Below, piece after piece: positions 1 to 12,430 of a DNA stretch of 64,000 nt (its first letter is position 1; each line of letters begins with the position of its first letter). This stretch comes from Vairimorpha necatrix (taxonomy: Eukaryota), in the NCBI GenBank assembly GCA_036630325.1, contig CP142726.1, positions 1,302,001-1,366,000 on the forward strand, given 5' to 3'. Below the pieces are notes generated by a model, which saw only the letters and a list, made by a program, of their open reading frames with translations, ran no database searches and was not told the origin of the DNA. The position numbers and the translations under genes are program-made.

Positions 1-3000
1 TAATAAAAAGATTAATTCGTATTTAAAGTTAGACAAAAGTCAAAGTTGTAGTAGCAGTGATGATAATAAAGGATATAAACCAAGTGGAAAGACAAAACGA
101 GTTTAGTTAAAGAAATATAATAATAGTAATAGAAGACAGATAGAAAGAATTTTTGCGTGCAATAAAGAGACGAAAAGAAGATTACTGAATCGGGAATTTC
201 GTTAGAAGATCTCAAAGCGAAATATAAAGAATTTTTTAAACAAGGAGATGAGGTTATAAGTTATTGTACATATGAGAAGTGTAAGATAGATACTCCAGAG
301 GGTAAGAAGATAGTCAAAAGGGACAGACGATCCCACAGGCTTTGATAAAACAGACTGAGGAATATATTAATGATTAAGAAAATAGAAAGATTTTTAGAAG
401 ATCGTCATCGGAATGGCGAAACCCAATAAGAGCGATACTTAAACCAAGTGGTGAAGTAAGGGTTGTTAGTAAATTTATAGGGTTGAATGATTCAGTCGAG
501 AAAGCCCGTATGAGCTAACGAATATGAGAGAAATAATTAGAGCTACGCAAGGGTCGATAATATTTACTGTTGTTGATTGCAAAGAAGCGTTTTCCCATTT
601 TAAATCGAAGAAAAAGATAAACATAAGACGGCGTTTGAATTTAATAAAAAAGTTTACGAATGGAATAGTATGGTGATGGGATACAAAAATTCCCCACAGA
701 ACTACAGCAACGATGAATAAGATTTTTGAGGATTTGCGAGGAAATGGTGTTGAGGTATACATGGACGATATAGTAATACATGCCAACAATAAACGTAAAC
801 ACAATATACTAGTTTTAGAGGTTTTAGAAAGAATTAGGCGAAATAAAATGAAATTTAATAGTGTGAAAATACAGTTTAGACAAGCGGAAGTAAAACTATT
901 AGGTGTGAAGCTGAATGGAACAGACATGACGGCCGACGAAATAAAGAAAAATGAAGCCTTGGAGTATCCAGACAAAAACTTTGACGGAATTGAGGAGATT
1001 TTTAGGATTGACTGGATGGTTCAGACCATTTATTAAAAATTATGCCGGGTTGACGTTGAAAATGACAGATAGTTTGAAGAAAAATGGCAATTCGTACAAA
1101 TTAACGGAAGAGATGAAAAATGTGTTAAGAAATGTGGGAAGACTAAGATTGCCGGACTATAATAAGGAGTTCATACTAAGAACAGACGCTAGCAATTTGA
1201 GATTGGGTGCGTTGTTACTTCAGAAGAATGAGAATGGAGAATAAGTTGCTATACAATGGGCATCTAAAAAGCTAACACCGATAGAAGTAAGATATGGTAT
1301 ATCAGAAAATGAAATGCTTGCGATATATTGGGGCATTGATAAATTTAAATACGAGTTATGAGGTAGAAAATTTAAGATAAAAACGGATCACAAAGCACTA
1401 GTGGAGAAAAGAAACAAACCATTTTTCAATAATAACAGAATAAATCGCTGAATCGAGAAGATACAGGAATATGATTTTAGCATTGAACATTAAAAACCTG
1501 ATGAGATGGTGGTAGCGATGCGTTGAGTCGAATAAATATGGAAGAGGATATTAAAGAAATGAAAAATAAAGAGCGAACAATCAAGCAAACAGAAGGTAAA
1601 TGGAAAGCAATATTGGCAATTTGACTCAGGACGTAAAGTTGAAATACCACCTGAGAATATAAGGAGACAATTAATCCAAGAATATCATGAAAAAGTAGGC
1701 CACAGATGCATGACAAGTGTTTATTATGCAATGAGAAAATAATACTATTGGCCAGGAGTAAGGAAAGAAATAAACGAGGTTATAAAATAGTGTCAGAAAT
1801 GTCAGATATAAACAGGAAAAATATGGGTGGTTGTGAATTTGTAGATACGTCGATATTTAGAGAAGGTTGCATGGACTTGATAGACTTTAGAAATGAGAAG
1901 AAATATGTCTTAGTCGCTATCGATTATTTTACATGTAGAGTATGGGGAATAGTTATAAATAACAAGTCAAGTAATAATGTTGAAAGATTTTGAAAAGATT
2001 ATGTGAATATGGAGAGAAACCAAAGAAATTATTACAGATAACGGGAAGAGCTTATTGGAGTGGAATTTAGAAAATTTTGTTGGGAAATGGATATAATACA
2101 CCGACAAGTATGTATAGAAACGCATAGGAGTAACAAAAGAGTAAAGCGTGTTATAGGAACTTTGAGAGAAACATTTTAAAGTCGAATGCGGAAACTTTTG
2201 AAGGTAAAGTGTATAAAAGTATCGATATATATAATCAGAGCCATCATACAGGAATAAAATGTACCACAATAGAAGCGACTGAAGATAAAACTGTAGATGT
2301 AATGCTTGAAAATGGCCCTATAAGGAAATATTGGGTACATGACCGTTTGGAACCCGCTTTGGGAAAATGAACCCGCTTTGGGAAATGAACCCGCTTTGGG
2401 AAAATGAACCCGCATTGAAAAATTCAAAAAAAAGGGAAAAATTAAAAAAATTGAAAAAAGGGCCTTAACGATTTATTTTAAATAATGACAGAAGACAATT
2501 TATCCGGTGATTTTGGGGAATTTAGAAAGCCCAGTGAAACTGTAAAAGGTACTCATAATGTTCTTCTTTGTTTATGTTAAGATCGAATATCTCTTATAGA
2601 AATGAGCCAAAACCAACAAAATTATATGGTGTTGTGACTCGGAATCGCTAGAGGTATCAGCATTTATGGAGTGATTCTTAGTATTGTGCACCATCCCTTT
2701 GCTTAGCTAATGTGGCATCATATGCTACTCATTGATTAGAGATCAAAATAGAAACAGGTTATACATTTTCTTGTTTTACCTAAAGGAAAAAAGCAGTATT
2801 TCCACTAGTTACAGAAACGAGCAAGGCGCACGCCGATAATGCATCAAATGTTTCCAAAATAGACTTTTCTTTATATTCCATGTATAAATACATTTCATCA
2901 CTAAAAACCTCATCTGCCTCAACAAACAGTGTTTTTGCCAATTTTGCCATTTTTTAAAAAGGGGTCCTTTAAAATTTCAATGCGGGTTCATTTTCCCAAA

Positions 3001-3295
3001 GCGATTTCCAAACGGTCATGTACCAAATATTGTAATAGGATTTGAAAAAGAAAGATTGAAAAGTTTAGTAAAGTACAATTAGTAAGAATAGCTAAACGAG
3101 AAAATTTGGCAGGAGTTAATATGCATGAGAAAGTAAGATTTTTGGATACAGGGGAAATTGTTGAAAAGTGTTGAAATGATTTTTATATAGTAAAACTTGG
3201 TAATGGTAGGCTTGTGAAGAAGAGACATTATGATCTGAAAAGTATGCTTGGGATAGATGTAAAAATTGGATGAGACTAACCGTCTTGAGGGGGGA
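1..3295 (+). mobile_element. Degenerate Ty3/Gypsy LTR retrotransposon (pol remnant: RT, RNase H, integrase), 5' end outside the window
   Basis: ORF fragments contain RT YMDD (713..1036), 'LRRFLGLTGWFRPFI...LRTDASN..LGALLLQ' (951..1244) and integrase 'MDLIDF...KYVLVAIDYF' (1706..1993), in the order RT-RH-IN. There are many stops and frameshifts. A polypurine tract GAGGGGGGA at 3287-3295 is followed by TGT. Confidence 0.9.
2334..3024 (-). mobile_element. Non-autonomous Merlin/IS1595-like DNA transposon nested in the Gypsy integrase
   Basis: TIR GGTACATGACCGTTTGGAA / TTCCAAACGGTCATGTACC. Perfect 8-bp TSD AAATATTG at 2326-2333 and 3025-3032. Subterminal tandem repeats GAACCCGCTTTGGGAAAAT. Minus-strand remnants ISNQ*VAY and YEYLLQFHW resemble Merlin transposase motifs. 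Confidence 0.85.
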
Positions 3296-3300
3296 TGTGA
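3287..3300 (+). other. Polypurine tract and probable start (TG at 3296) of the 3' LTR
   Basis: GAGGGGGGA-TGTGATAT lies immediately after the end of integrase homology. The LTR end cannot be located without the 5' LTR. Confidence 0.65.
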
Positions 3301-3659
3301 TATATTTGTATAATTTCTACTCCCATTATTTTAAATAAAGACATATAATAAAAATAATAATTTTACTGTTTTAATGATATCAAAACCAAATAGACCAGCT
3401 ATTTATTAGATTTTGAATATTTTTTATTTAACAGATGCTATATTATGAAGTCGGTAAAAATGATTCTATTTTAAATCGGTAATATTAACATTAATATTCT
3501 TTCAAATCATAATTTGTTTGACTGACAACGATCAAAAGTCTAAAACTACAGTAAATTAGACTTAATATAAGTCTGTGTAAGCCTGCATATGCATTATTTT
3601 TATCTAAACAATAAAAAAATAGGCAACATACCCATGTTAGAACGGTCAATTCTGTGCTA

Positions 3660-3735
3660 TTTTACATACTAAACTATTATTGTACATACTAAACAATTAT
3701 TTTTCATACTAAACCGTTATTTTACAGATTAAACG
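3660..3735. repeat. Short imperfect tandem repeat (~20-bp unit containing CATACTAAAC, 3-4 copies)
   Basis: tttacatactaaactatta / ttgtacatactaaacaatta / tttcatactaaaccgtta / tttacagattaaac. Confidence 0.7.
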
Positions 3736-4934
3736 GGGCTTTGCCTTTTTGAACAATTATATTCATAAATACAGTGTATTTTAGTGTCAGTGCAACCAGT
3801 GGCCTCTATATTAATTTCGCAATGCGATATTTTCACAATGATAATAATATTGGGCATAATAATGTTTCCCGGGAAGGCGCACAATTTGCTCACACACAAG
3901 ATCCCAATCACTTGCAACTATTGCACGCATTATACACAGTTAAATCATATCTCGACATATCTGCTATTAAATGATTGTTTTTATAGAAATTTTACTTATT
4001 ATTGCATGCATGGAACAGGATTCATGTGCCTTTATAGTTTTATAAAATATTTTAGATAAGTTTATTTTTTTGTACTTTCTAATAGCACTTTAATCTTTTA
4101 AAAAATAATATGAGAAGGTGTCGAGGACTGATAGTAAATGCTTAAAGATCATTCCATACTAGACATTAATTAAACATGACTGAAAGCAATACTAGTGCAC
4201 GAATTAGCATTATACCTGCTAGAACACATTTATTTAATTCTTGCAAAACAATCTTATTTCAAAAATGAATAAAAAAATTCTCTCGGACAAAGATTCGATT
4301 ATTTTGAAAAAACAATGCGTTAGCTTTTTATAAATTAAAGTCCTTTATCAAACTTAAATGCGGCTCATTTTTAACAGTTCTTTCCAAATTTATATTTTAT
4401 ATTCTAACCATCATTTAAATTGCAAAAATTTTAAGCAAAGTAGATTTTAGGGTAGACTTACATTAATAATATAAATAATTGCTTTCTGATAATATCAAAA
4501 AGATGTGGCATATGATCGTCTCTTTTAGAAGTAAAATGCCTATAGAATCGCGCAGACATTATTTCAATCATTGCATTAAAATTAAAATGGTATTTTATGA
4601 ACGGCTTGAAAAACGTACGGATAATCTGCAATATTATCAATGCTTTTTCAAAATATATAAAATTTGACACATTATCAAAAAATTTTTTCTAAATAAAAAA
4701 TTTGACTTTGATTGCTGTCAAAAAAAACATTGTTTTGTAGTTGATAAATTGGAAAATTATTAAATTGCAGTCTACAAAACAAAACACTATGTTGTGTCAA
4801 ATATTTAAAAATCTTAAGTTTTCAGGACAGTGAACATATTTTTTGTTCCGTATTTATAAAATGTATCCAATACATTTGATTTTCTATCTTAATTGGGCGT
4901 AATTAAAAATATAAAAGCCACAAAAAATACCCAC

Positions 4935-5621
4935 ATGTTCTTTGTTTATTTTTTTTTATTTTATAGAATCGTATTATCAACGAGTCTTACTAAAACTACA
5001 GAAGTTATTGTGCGTAATTTAGAAGATAAATGCATTGTTATATGTAAAGAAGACAATTATATTTCTAGTATATTCAGTTTAGAAAAACTAGTACTTAGAT
5101 TAAGAACAGATCCCAAAAGTCTTATGATATTTAATCTTGATAGGAAGATTTTAACTCTAATGTACTTACAGTTTCCGTGCACAATTGAAGGATACAATAA
5201 AAATGGAAAACTCGTATTGAATATGTGCGTGGAAAACGCAAAACATTTATGCATTGGATTTAAAAATAATCCAAATGCAGCATTCCAATTTATAAGTGAA
5301 AGTATAATGTATTATACTAATACTTTGGATTTCAAGTTGCAAGCTGGAAATGCATTCCGAAGTGCAACAACAGATAATATAAAAATGGCTTTATTAAGTA
5401 CACCCGAAGAAAAAACATTTATCGCCAAAGAAAACGACAAGTATGTTTTATACCAAGAAAATAATGATAATAAATTTCCTCGTTTATCTATTGATGAATC
5501 ATCACCAAATGCTTTAATTAGTCATGGAACACGTAAAAGAAAAATTAAATTCAACAATACCAAAGATTTAGTAATTACATTTAGTTTTTCGGAATCGTGC
5601 GAGGAGCCTCTGGATGATTAA
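4935..5621 (+). CDS. Secreted family A protein, copy 1 (~228 aa, unknown function)
   Basis: ATG follows CCCAC. Hydrophobic N-terminus. Shares NLEDKC, C.IEGYNKNGKL, N.NA.F.F, PEEKTFI.KEN.KYVL and K.KF...KDL.I.F with the other copies. Confidence 0.85.
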   Translation: MFFVYFFLFYRIVLSTSLTKTTEVIVRNLEDKCIVICKEDNYISSIFSLEKLVLRLRTDPKSLMIFNLDRKILTLMYLQFPCTIEGYNKNGKLVLNMCVENAKHLCIGFKNNPNAAFQFISESIMYYTNTLDFKLQAGNAFRSATTDNIKMALLSTPEEKTFIAKENDKYVLYQENNDNKFPRLSIDESSPNALISHGTRKRKIKFNNTKDLVITFSFSESCEEPLDD

Positions 5622-6958
5622 AAAAAGTTCCTTCTTTTTTAAAATTTATTTTCGTAATAAGTTATGTATAAATCATTTATAAATGCAAGGACTGCGTTGT
5701 AACAATTTTTATCAACCAATAGATCTACAATTTGTGGCACAACTCCGTTGTCGATTGTTCGATTCTGCGAATCGGTAAATATGACCTGTGTATGGATACA
5801 GAGCTTGTCATTAGCCTTACTAAACCAATTTATATGCTTTTGTTAATAAAGTTACTAAAGTAGTGATTACAAGCCTCGTTTTAAAATTTTAAAACTGCGT
5901 CTAATTCCTGACGACCACAAAAAAGTAATTTTGTCTGTAAAATGTGTCCACGAAAATTTTAAAGTTGATTAGGAATTTTGTGTGAACTTTTTTACGTGGA
6001 CTTTACGAATAGTAGAACTGAACTACAGCCATTTAAGAACAATTGTTGAATTCTACTCTTTTTGCATTTAAAGTACTATATGGGGCATAAAAGTCTTACG
6101 TGATAAAATCTAAAGTGATTATTCATCTACATTAAAGGACTATAAGAAGTAGGATGGACCCATAAACTCTATAAAAAAGAATTCTGTATCACATTGGCCA
6201 GGGCTTGTGCGAGACAAGCGGTCAATATAGGATATAAACAAAAGGTAATAGTAAAGCGTTTGAGCCGTTCTCCAGATGCAGATAATATGGGGACCTCCCG
6301 TGTAACAGACGAATTTCTCTTTTGTCGTTCAAACTGTACCCGATAATGATATCTGTTGAAACTATTCTCATTCAATCTATCAGAAATTGTTAGGCAATCA
6401 CTCGCACCATGTTATAATGATGATGTACTGGGATATTGTCCTTAAAATTTAATGAGAGAGTTGGAATGATAAGAATTTTACTATCCCGATGTTTAGATCC
6501 ATACTGGCTCTTTATCTTTACTATTACTTACAAGGAAAAAATACAAAAAGAATCAGATTAACAATTAAACAACGGCATAAATCGCGAACTTGCAATATTA
6601 ATCATTGTTTATAATGTGATAATTTAGTTTCTAGAAATAAAAAAATATCGTCGTATTGATATTCAATTTTTTATTAAGCTCTCAACATCTAAATCTAATA
6701 GCATAATGAGAATCGGTAAATATTTTTGACAACAAACTGAAATTATTAATATAAATAAGTAAATTTGCACTGTTTTAATAACATAACATATAATTGATGT
6801 GATTAAAATCTGTTCGAAATTTAAAAGCTTTATAGAATCTATAAATCGTTAATTCCTTCATCATTCTCAACTAACCAGATCTTTACTGGTTTTTTTGGGA
6901 AGAAGATCTTAAGTAGTCTTCAATTTAGTCAAAACATGAAGATATTTTTATTTTCGCG

Positions 6959-7822
6959 GGCTAATTTTCACTTTATCCCCCCCCCCTTACCAATATAAAT
7001 ATAGAATTTTTTATTTTTAGCCCTGTTTTTTAAAAGTCGAAGCGTCCAGAGCGAAAAGGAACAGAGAAAAATTTACATAAGTAAAAAAAAGGTCTTAGAA
7101 ATATCTAATTTGATCATAGTTTATGAAAAATATATTATTTAAACCAATTTAATAATGTTTTCTAATAAACTATGAGTTAAATAGAAGTCTAAATTTGTAA
7201 AAATATGTTTTAACCTATTGCTTTCTTTTGTCATTACATTTAATTTTTGCTAAAGATAAACATGTTTATACTTAGTTTATGTTGTTTAAAACAGATTTTA
7301 GGGTTGGTTATTCTTAGTTTAGTAGTATATTTATTAGTCTTGTTTTTTAGGTTTTCATTGGTTTTTTTAGACAAACAGAGAATAATTATGTTATATTTAT
7401 GCTCTTTAAAGAATTATTGAATCGTATATAATGTCAATTTAATAAGATATGTTATATTTTAGTTCCAAAAGTAAAGTATTACATGTTTGGAAAATTCTTT
7501 AATTCTTGAAAAATATTCATTTATAACAGCAAATGAACCTTATATAATATTATTTATATAGAGATTTTCGTTGTTATACATCGCAATGTACAATAAAGAT
7601 AAATCTTGATCAATAATTGGAAGAAGGAAATTTTTAAAAAATTGAAAAAAAACGAAAAAACAATTGTTTTATTTTTGGTAAATATGCTATTCTATTACAA
7701 CTTTATTTTTTTGACTTTTGCTCCTTCACATTTTTTCCGCTTCGAATTTCGAAAAAAGGGATATTTTTTAAAAATTCTTAATTTATATTGGTAAGGGGGG
7801 GGGGATAAAGTGAAAATGCTCC
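6959..7822. mobile_element. MITE with long imperfect TIRs and 8-bp TSD
   Basis: TSD TTTTCGCG at 6951-6958 and 7823-7830. GG...CC termini. TIR core TTTTCACTTTATCCCCCCCCCCTTACCAATATAAAT is mirrored at ~7781-7817. AT-rich non-coding interior. Confidence 0.85.
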
Positions 7823-8109
7823 TTTTCGCGTAAAGGTCGCCCAATATAATACGTGGAAGGTTTTCTCATGTAGCAAAAAAACCATTATTTCGATTGGTGT
7901 CAAAAACAAATTAAAAACTGATGGGTCGAATATGGAAAAAAAATATAGACGAGTATTTTTTATTTGTAAAATCCAAGGTCTCAATTAATAAATTTATATA
8001 AATTTCGTGTCCAGCCTTTAATACGCGTATTATTAGAATTCATTCTGTAGTTTTTTTATTCAATTAAATTTGATTAAAAAAGTATAAAAGTGAATTAAAT
8101 TTGCCCCAC

Positions 8110-8811
8110 ATGTTTTGTTCTTTAAAGATTTTTTTCTATATATTGGTCGTTGTTGGGTCTCTTAAAAATACAAAAGTGATTGTTGATAATTTAGAAGATA
8201 AATGTCAGGTTATATGTAATGAGGAGAATGATATTTGTAAGGACTCCGAATTAAAAAAACTAGTGTTTGAATTGAAAACAAATAAGGAAAGTGCAATAGT
8301 ATTCGATTTGGATAATATGGAAATAAGTCTACTTCGCCTACAATCCCCCTCTAGCATCAAAGGATATGACAAAAATGATAAGCTCATACTAAATCTTCTT
8401 ATAAAAGATGTAAAAAAAATATTGGTTATTTTAAAGGCAAATCCAAATGCTTCATTCCAGATTTCAAGTGAAAGTATAACAATTTGTTCGAATGTTCTAG
8501 AAGATTCGCGGCAAAAAAAATATTTCACACGGTCGCGCGGAACTTCATATCCAAATAAACAGCTACTATACTTTAGTAAATCAGACGATAAAACAATTAT
8601 AACTAAAGAAAATGAAAAATATGTCTTAATCCCCTCAAACCATGATAATACACATCCTTGTTGGTTTTTAAACGAAGAAAACCTAGATTTTAATGCGGCC
8701 ATTTGCTCAAGAAAAAAGAAGGTTGAATTTCCAACCAACAAAGATTTATGGATAGGTATTTCTTTTATTGAATCATTCGGCGATTTTGTAAGGACTTTTA
8801 ATGAACATTAA
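8110..8811 (+). CDS. Secreted family A protein, copy 2
   Basis: ATG follows CCCCAC. Signal-peptide-like N-terminus. Motifs VIVDNLEDKC, IKGYDKNDKL, NPNASFQI, KENEKYVL, KKVEFPTNKDL. Confidence 0.85.
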   Translation: MFCSLKIFFYILVVVGSLKNTKVIVDNLEDKCQVICNEENDICKDSELKKLVFELKTNKESAIVFDLDNMEISLLRLQSPSSIKGYDKNDKLILNLLIKDVKKILVILKANPNASFQISSESITICSNVLEDSRQKKYFTRSRGTSYPNKQLLYFSKSDDKTIITKENEKYVLIPSNHDNTHPCWFLNEENLDFNAAICSRKKKVEFPTNKDLWIGISFIESFGDFVRTFNEH

Positions 8812-11379
8812 ATTGTTTTAAACTTTTTTATTTCTTCATTACTAATAAAAAAAAATTTTATTTATGTTTTGCCCTTTTTTTCTAGTTTTAAAATCTAAAC
8901 CACGACGATTTTGACTTTATTCACAAATAAAATTTTAAACATAACTCATCGCCATGATTGATAATGATAAAGGCGCACACTACGCAATAAGTTCATTTTA
9001 ATTTTAGAATTATAAGTTTATGAAATAATGTCAGAATTATTTTTAAGAATTTTTTTTTGACAATTTTGTCATAAATTTTAAAAATAAATCACTAAGGAAA
9101 AAAAACAAAATGAAAACAACAAAACATGAAATAATTAAATTTGACCCTTAATTTTATCTAAATTTTTAAACAATTTGTACTTATGAAATTTACTTAAATA
9201 GTGTCTGTGAAGCGTGTTTTTGCCTTTGGGATGCTATCTTTTAAAATTACAAATGAAAAGAGGCTGATATGATAAAACATATTGTTTAACCTCCGTTTCT
9301 AATGGGAAGACATCGCTGGCGCAACGGCCCGGGCCAGGACTTTGTTTATTATGAAACGTTCCGAATCAAGGCGTGTACTGAGATGAGAGACTATGTTTTT
9401 TGCGAATTAAAATTCTGAAGTTGAAATTTTACAGGTTTGTTTTAGATTCATTCACATTAGGTTTTCTTGATTTATAAAAATTTTTAATTATATACGAATT
9501 TTTAAATAATATTGTGTATTTATGTGCTCTTTCAACAAAAAGTCATTTACATTCCAAAAACATGGAGGTAAAATGTCGGATAATGGATGAAAATTTATAA
9601 AAAAATTGTACGCCGTTATCTAGGAAATGTTATTAAGAACTTATTATTTGTACATTGCCTGTACTTATTTTAATTACAGAAGAAGATAAAATTTGAAAAA
9701 AAATTATCGAAGTTTTTTTGTAAACTACATTTACTGCTCTCGAATACCAAACATTGAGATTTTAAAATAATGTTTTCATTTAAAATAAAATTAATACTTA
9801 TTAAACACAAAAAAAAAATTTCAACTGTCGCCTTCCAGTGTCTATAGGGTGTAAAATAATTTTAGATTATTAAAAGCGAAAATTGCAAACTTTAAAGAAA
9901 AATATTAGGAGTTCAATTTGCGATACTGCCTGACGGAACGTTCATTGTAAGGGAAATTTGTCAAGCCGCCAAGAAAAGATATGATGCCATCAAAACTGTA
10001 TTGATATATAGAAGCTATGGATGTTTATAATGTACCTAAAATTGAAATAGTGTTTGACCGAACCATCGTTAAAATTATACGACTTTTTAAAAATATATAA
10101 AAATCGGAATAACTTGCATATATATGAGCATGTATTTTATCCTAAAGCAGTCGATTATATAAGCAATAATACGCTTTGTTATCCAAGATGAAGGCTTTAT
10201 AAACGAAGAAGTAAGACAACCTGTAAAATAAAGAGAGTCTGGTTACAACTTAAATGTTATATTATACCGATAAGGAATTAAGAAAGTCTTATACGAGATT
10301 TTTTGACGAAATAATGCCAAAAATGATCTACAATTTTTAAAAATTTAAATTATTTTTTTGTTTAAATTTAAATAAATGCGTAAAATGAAACGATTATAAA
10401 TTTTTGTTCCTATAAGGAAAAACATTTTTGCTCCAAAGAGAAAAAAGTCATAATCAAGACAGTGTGCCTAAATAAATTTATAGTCTCTATAAAGCAAATA
10501 ATTACAGTGTAACTTTTAAAAACAAAATCTAAAGCACTTAAATGCACACCTTTGAATTAAAAATCCCTTTAAAGGTCTTAATTTTACAACATTATTCAAT
10601 TTAACGTATAATAAAGCATACATATGCCACTAATTAAACATTGTAATTGCAGATTAGACTAGTCGTCGTCAAATTTGTCACTAATCATATGCATTAAAAA
10701 TTGAATTATAGCAAAGTAAGATAAATAACGGCGGTTAAAACGTGCGATCGAAATAATAGCTTTGAAAGCACATGCTATTATAATCAGTCAACCCTATAGT
10801 CTAAGTAAGGGGCTGCGATTATATATAATTAGTTAGACATATGCTCGAAGTATATAAGTTAGCATCGAAAGTAAATAAAAACATAAAACAACAATATTTT
10901 TTACAAATTATTGCTTAAATTGGTCACTGTCTGGGGCGTACCTTAATTTATATGACGCCGACTAGACTGTATATTAGTATAAAGTTGAAAAGAGACAAAA
11001 ATTCTTTGCCTACTTAATCATTATGTTGAGTTTATTGACTTTTAGCAGGAAAATACTGTTTGAACCTATAAAAAGGTAATAATTATCTAGTTTAGCTTAG
11101 CATTATCAAGAAAGGGAAGATTTATAATACAAAAACCCGCTGGAAATTTTGACCACTATTCTAGTTTCAATATATTCTGATAAAAAACTTCGTTTTTAGC
11201 TTTTTTTGACAATAATATATGCGTAAATTATTGACATTTATCAAGTAATGCCTGTATGATCTGTTGGCACTGAAGAGTAGCAAGTTGATAATAAGCAGTG
11301 TGGAGTTTTCTTAGTAATGATATTAGCTAAAAATTACAGCTTTTACTAATAAATATGTTCATTTTAAAATAAAACAAGT

Positions 11380-11690
11380 GCAGTAAAAGATTTGTACTTC
11401 TCATTTTAAAAAAATAAAAATGCATATTAATATATATATATATTATGTAGTAACTAATTTTCACCGCGTGCATACCAAAGAGCTCTGATTAGAACTCATA
11501 ACTGAAGCATATATACAAACAAGAGTCCTTAAAATGATTTAGAAAGCCAGATTATGTCAGTCAGACATGGGCTTGGTACTAATCAGGAAGGGGTATTTGA
11601 GAGTCTAATGCGTTGATTTCAGAAGGAACTTTAATAACTGTCAGAAAATATTGTAAACGTATTTTTCAAAAAGTAATTAGTAAGTCAGAT
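11380..11690 (+). mobile_element. Non-LTR retrotransposon remnant (C-terminal part), same family as 18.9-19.7 kb
   Basis: CAGACATGGGCTTGGTACT...TCAGAAGGAACTT..ACTGTCAGAA aligns by eye with the reverse complement of 18960-19050. TEAYIQ.RVLK remnant present. Boundaries are approximate. Confidence 0.6.
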
Positions 11691-12430
11691 GTTAATTATA
11701 TGCAAATAAAGTATTTTTATCTTAACATATAATCAATTATAAACATCACATGTTTAAAATAGACGACGTCTTTGTTGATGTCAAATATTTAAACATAAAT
11801 AATTTTATGTAATGACATTGCTTATAACAAACCAATAAAATCAATCTATATAATATTTCAATAAACAATTCGTATTCATGCATTGGCCAACACTATACAA
11901 AAATAAAAAGAAAAAAATCGGTATGTTTTTTTTAAAATGGCAATAGCATGGAGAATATCAATCTTAAATTTTCTCATTCATCCAAATTAATTTTCTTGCT
12001 GTTTTTTATTTTTGAAAGATTAAGTATGTTATCCTATATTGTCTAGACTTTACTACTCAGACCCCAAATGTTGGCTTCTTTGCATACTAATTAGATTGAT
12101 TTAGTTTTACACATAAAAAAAAGATCTATGTTTTATATAATGCTACATTATTCTTTTTTAGCCTATAAGGTAAATTCAAAATTAATTCAAATTACGATTT
12201 AAATGATTCTTATTCATAACATAATATTTAATTTAAATTGTATAACATAAAAACTAAAAAAGTTAAATAAAATCTGCCAAAACACTCATATATGACGTTG
12301 TCCGTTTTTGGTGGCTGTCAAAATTTTTATTTGTTGTATAAAAAATTAAAAATAAATATTAAATCATAATAATAAGAATTGTTTTTTATTTTTTTTACAC
12401 AACAAAAACAATTTTTTTTTGTTTACCCAC

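Noticed and set aside
2341..2420. Repeated GAACCCGCTTTGGGAAAAT units as a CRISPR-like array
   Set aside because: There are no unique spacers, the repeats are subterminal within a TIR element bounded by a TSD, and the context is eukaryotic.
5680..6480. Higher-GC patches resembling decayed integrase or helicase fragments
   Set aside because: I could not establish a convincing motif or boundary by eye. A translated search is needed.
8205..8741. Antisense or overlapping ORFs (also 475..975, 25817..26176, 26963..27280, 27568..28023, 30026..30298, 50275..50905, 52419..52824)
   Set aside because: These are shadows of real genes on the opposite strand, with no motifs or start signals.
9250..10330. 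Possible decayed coding sequence between family A copies 2 and 3
   Set aside because: There is no intact ORF and no recognisable family A or TE motif.
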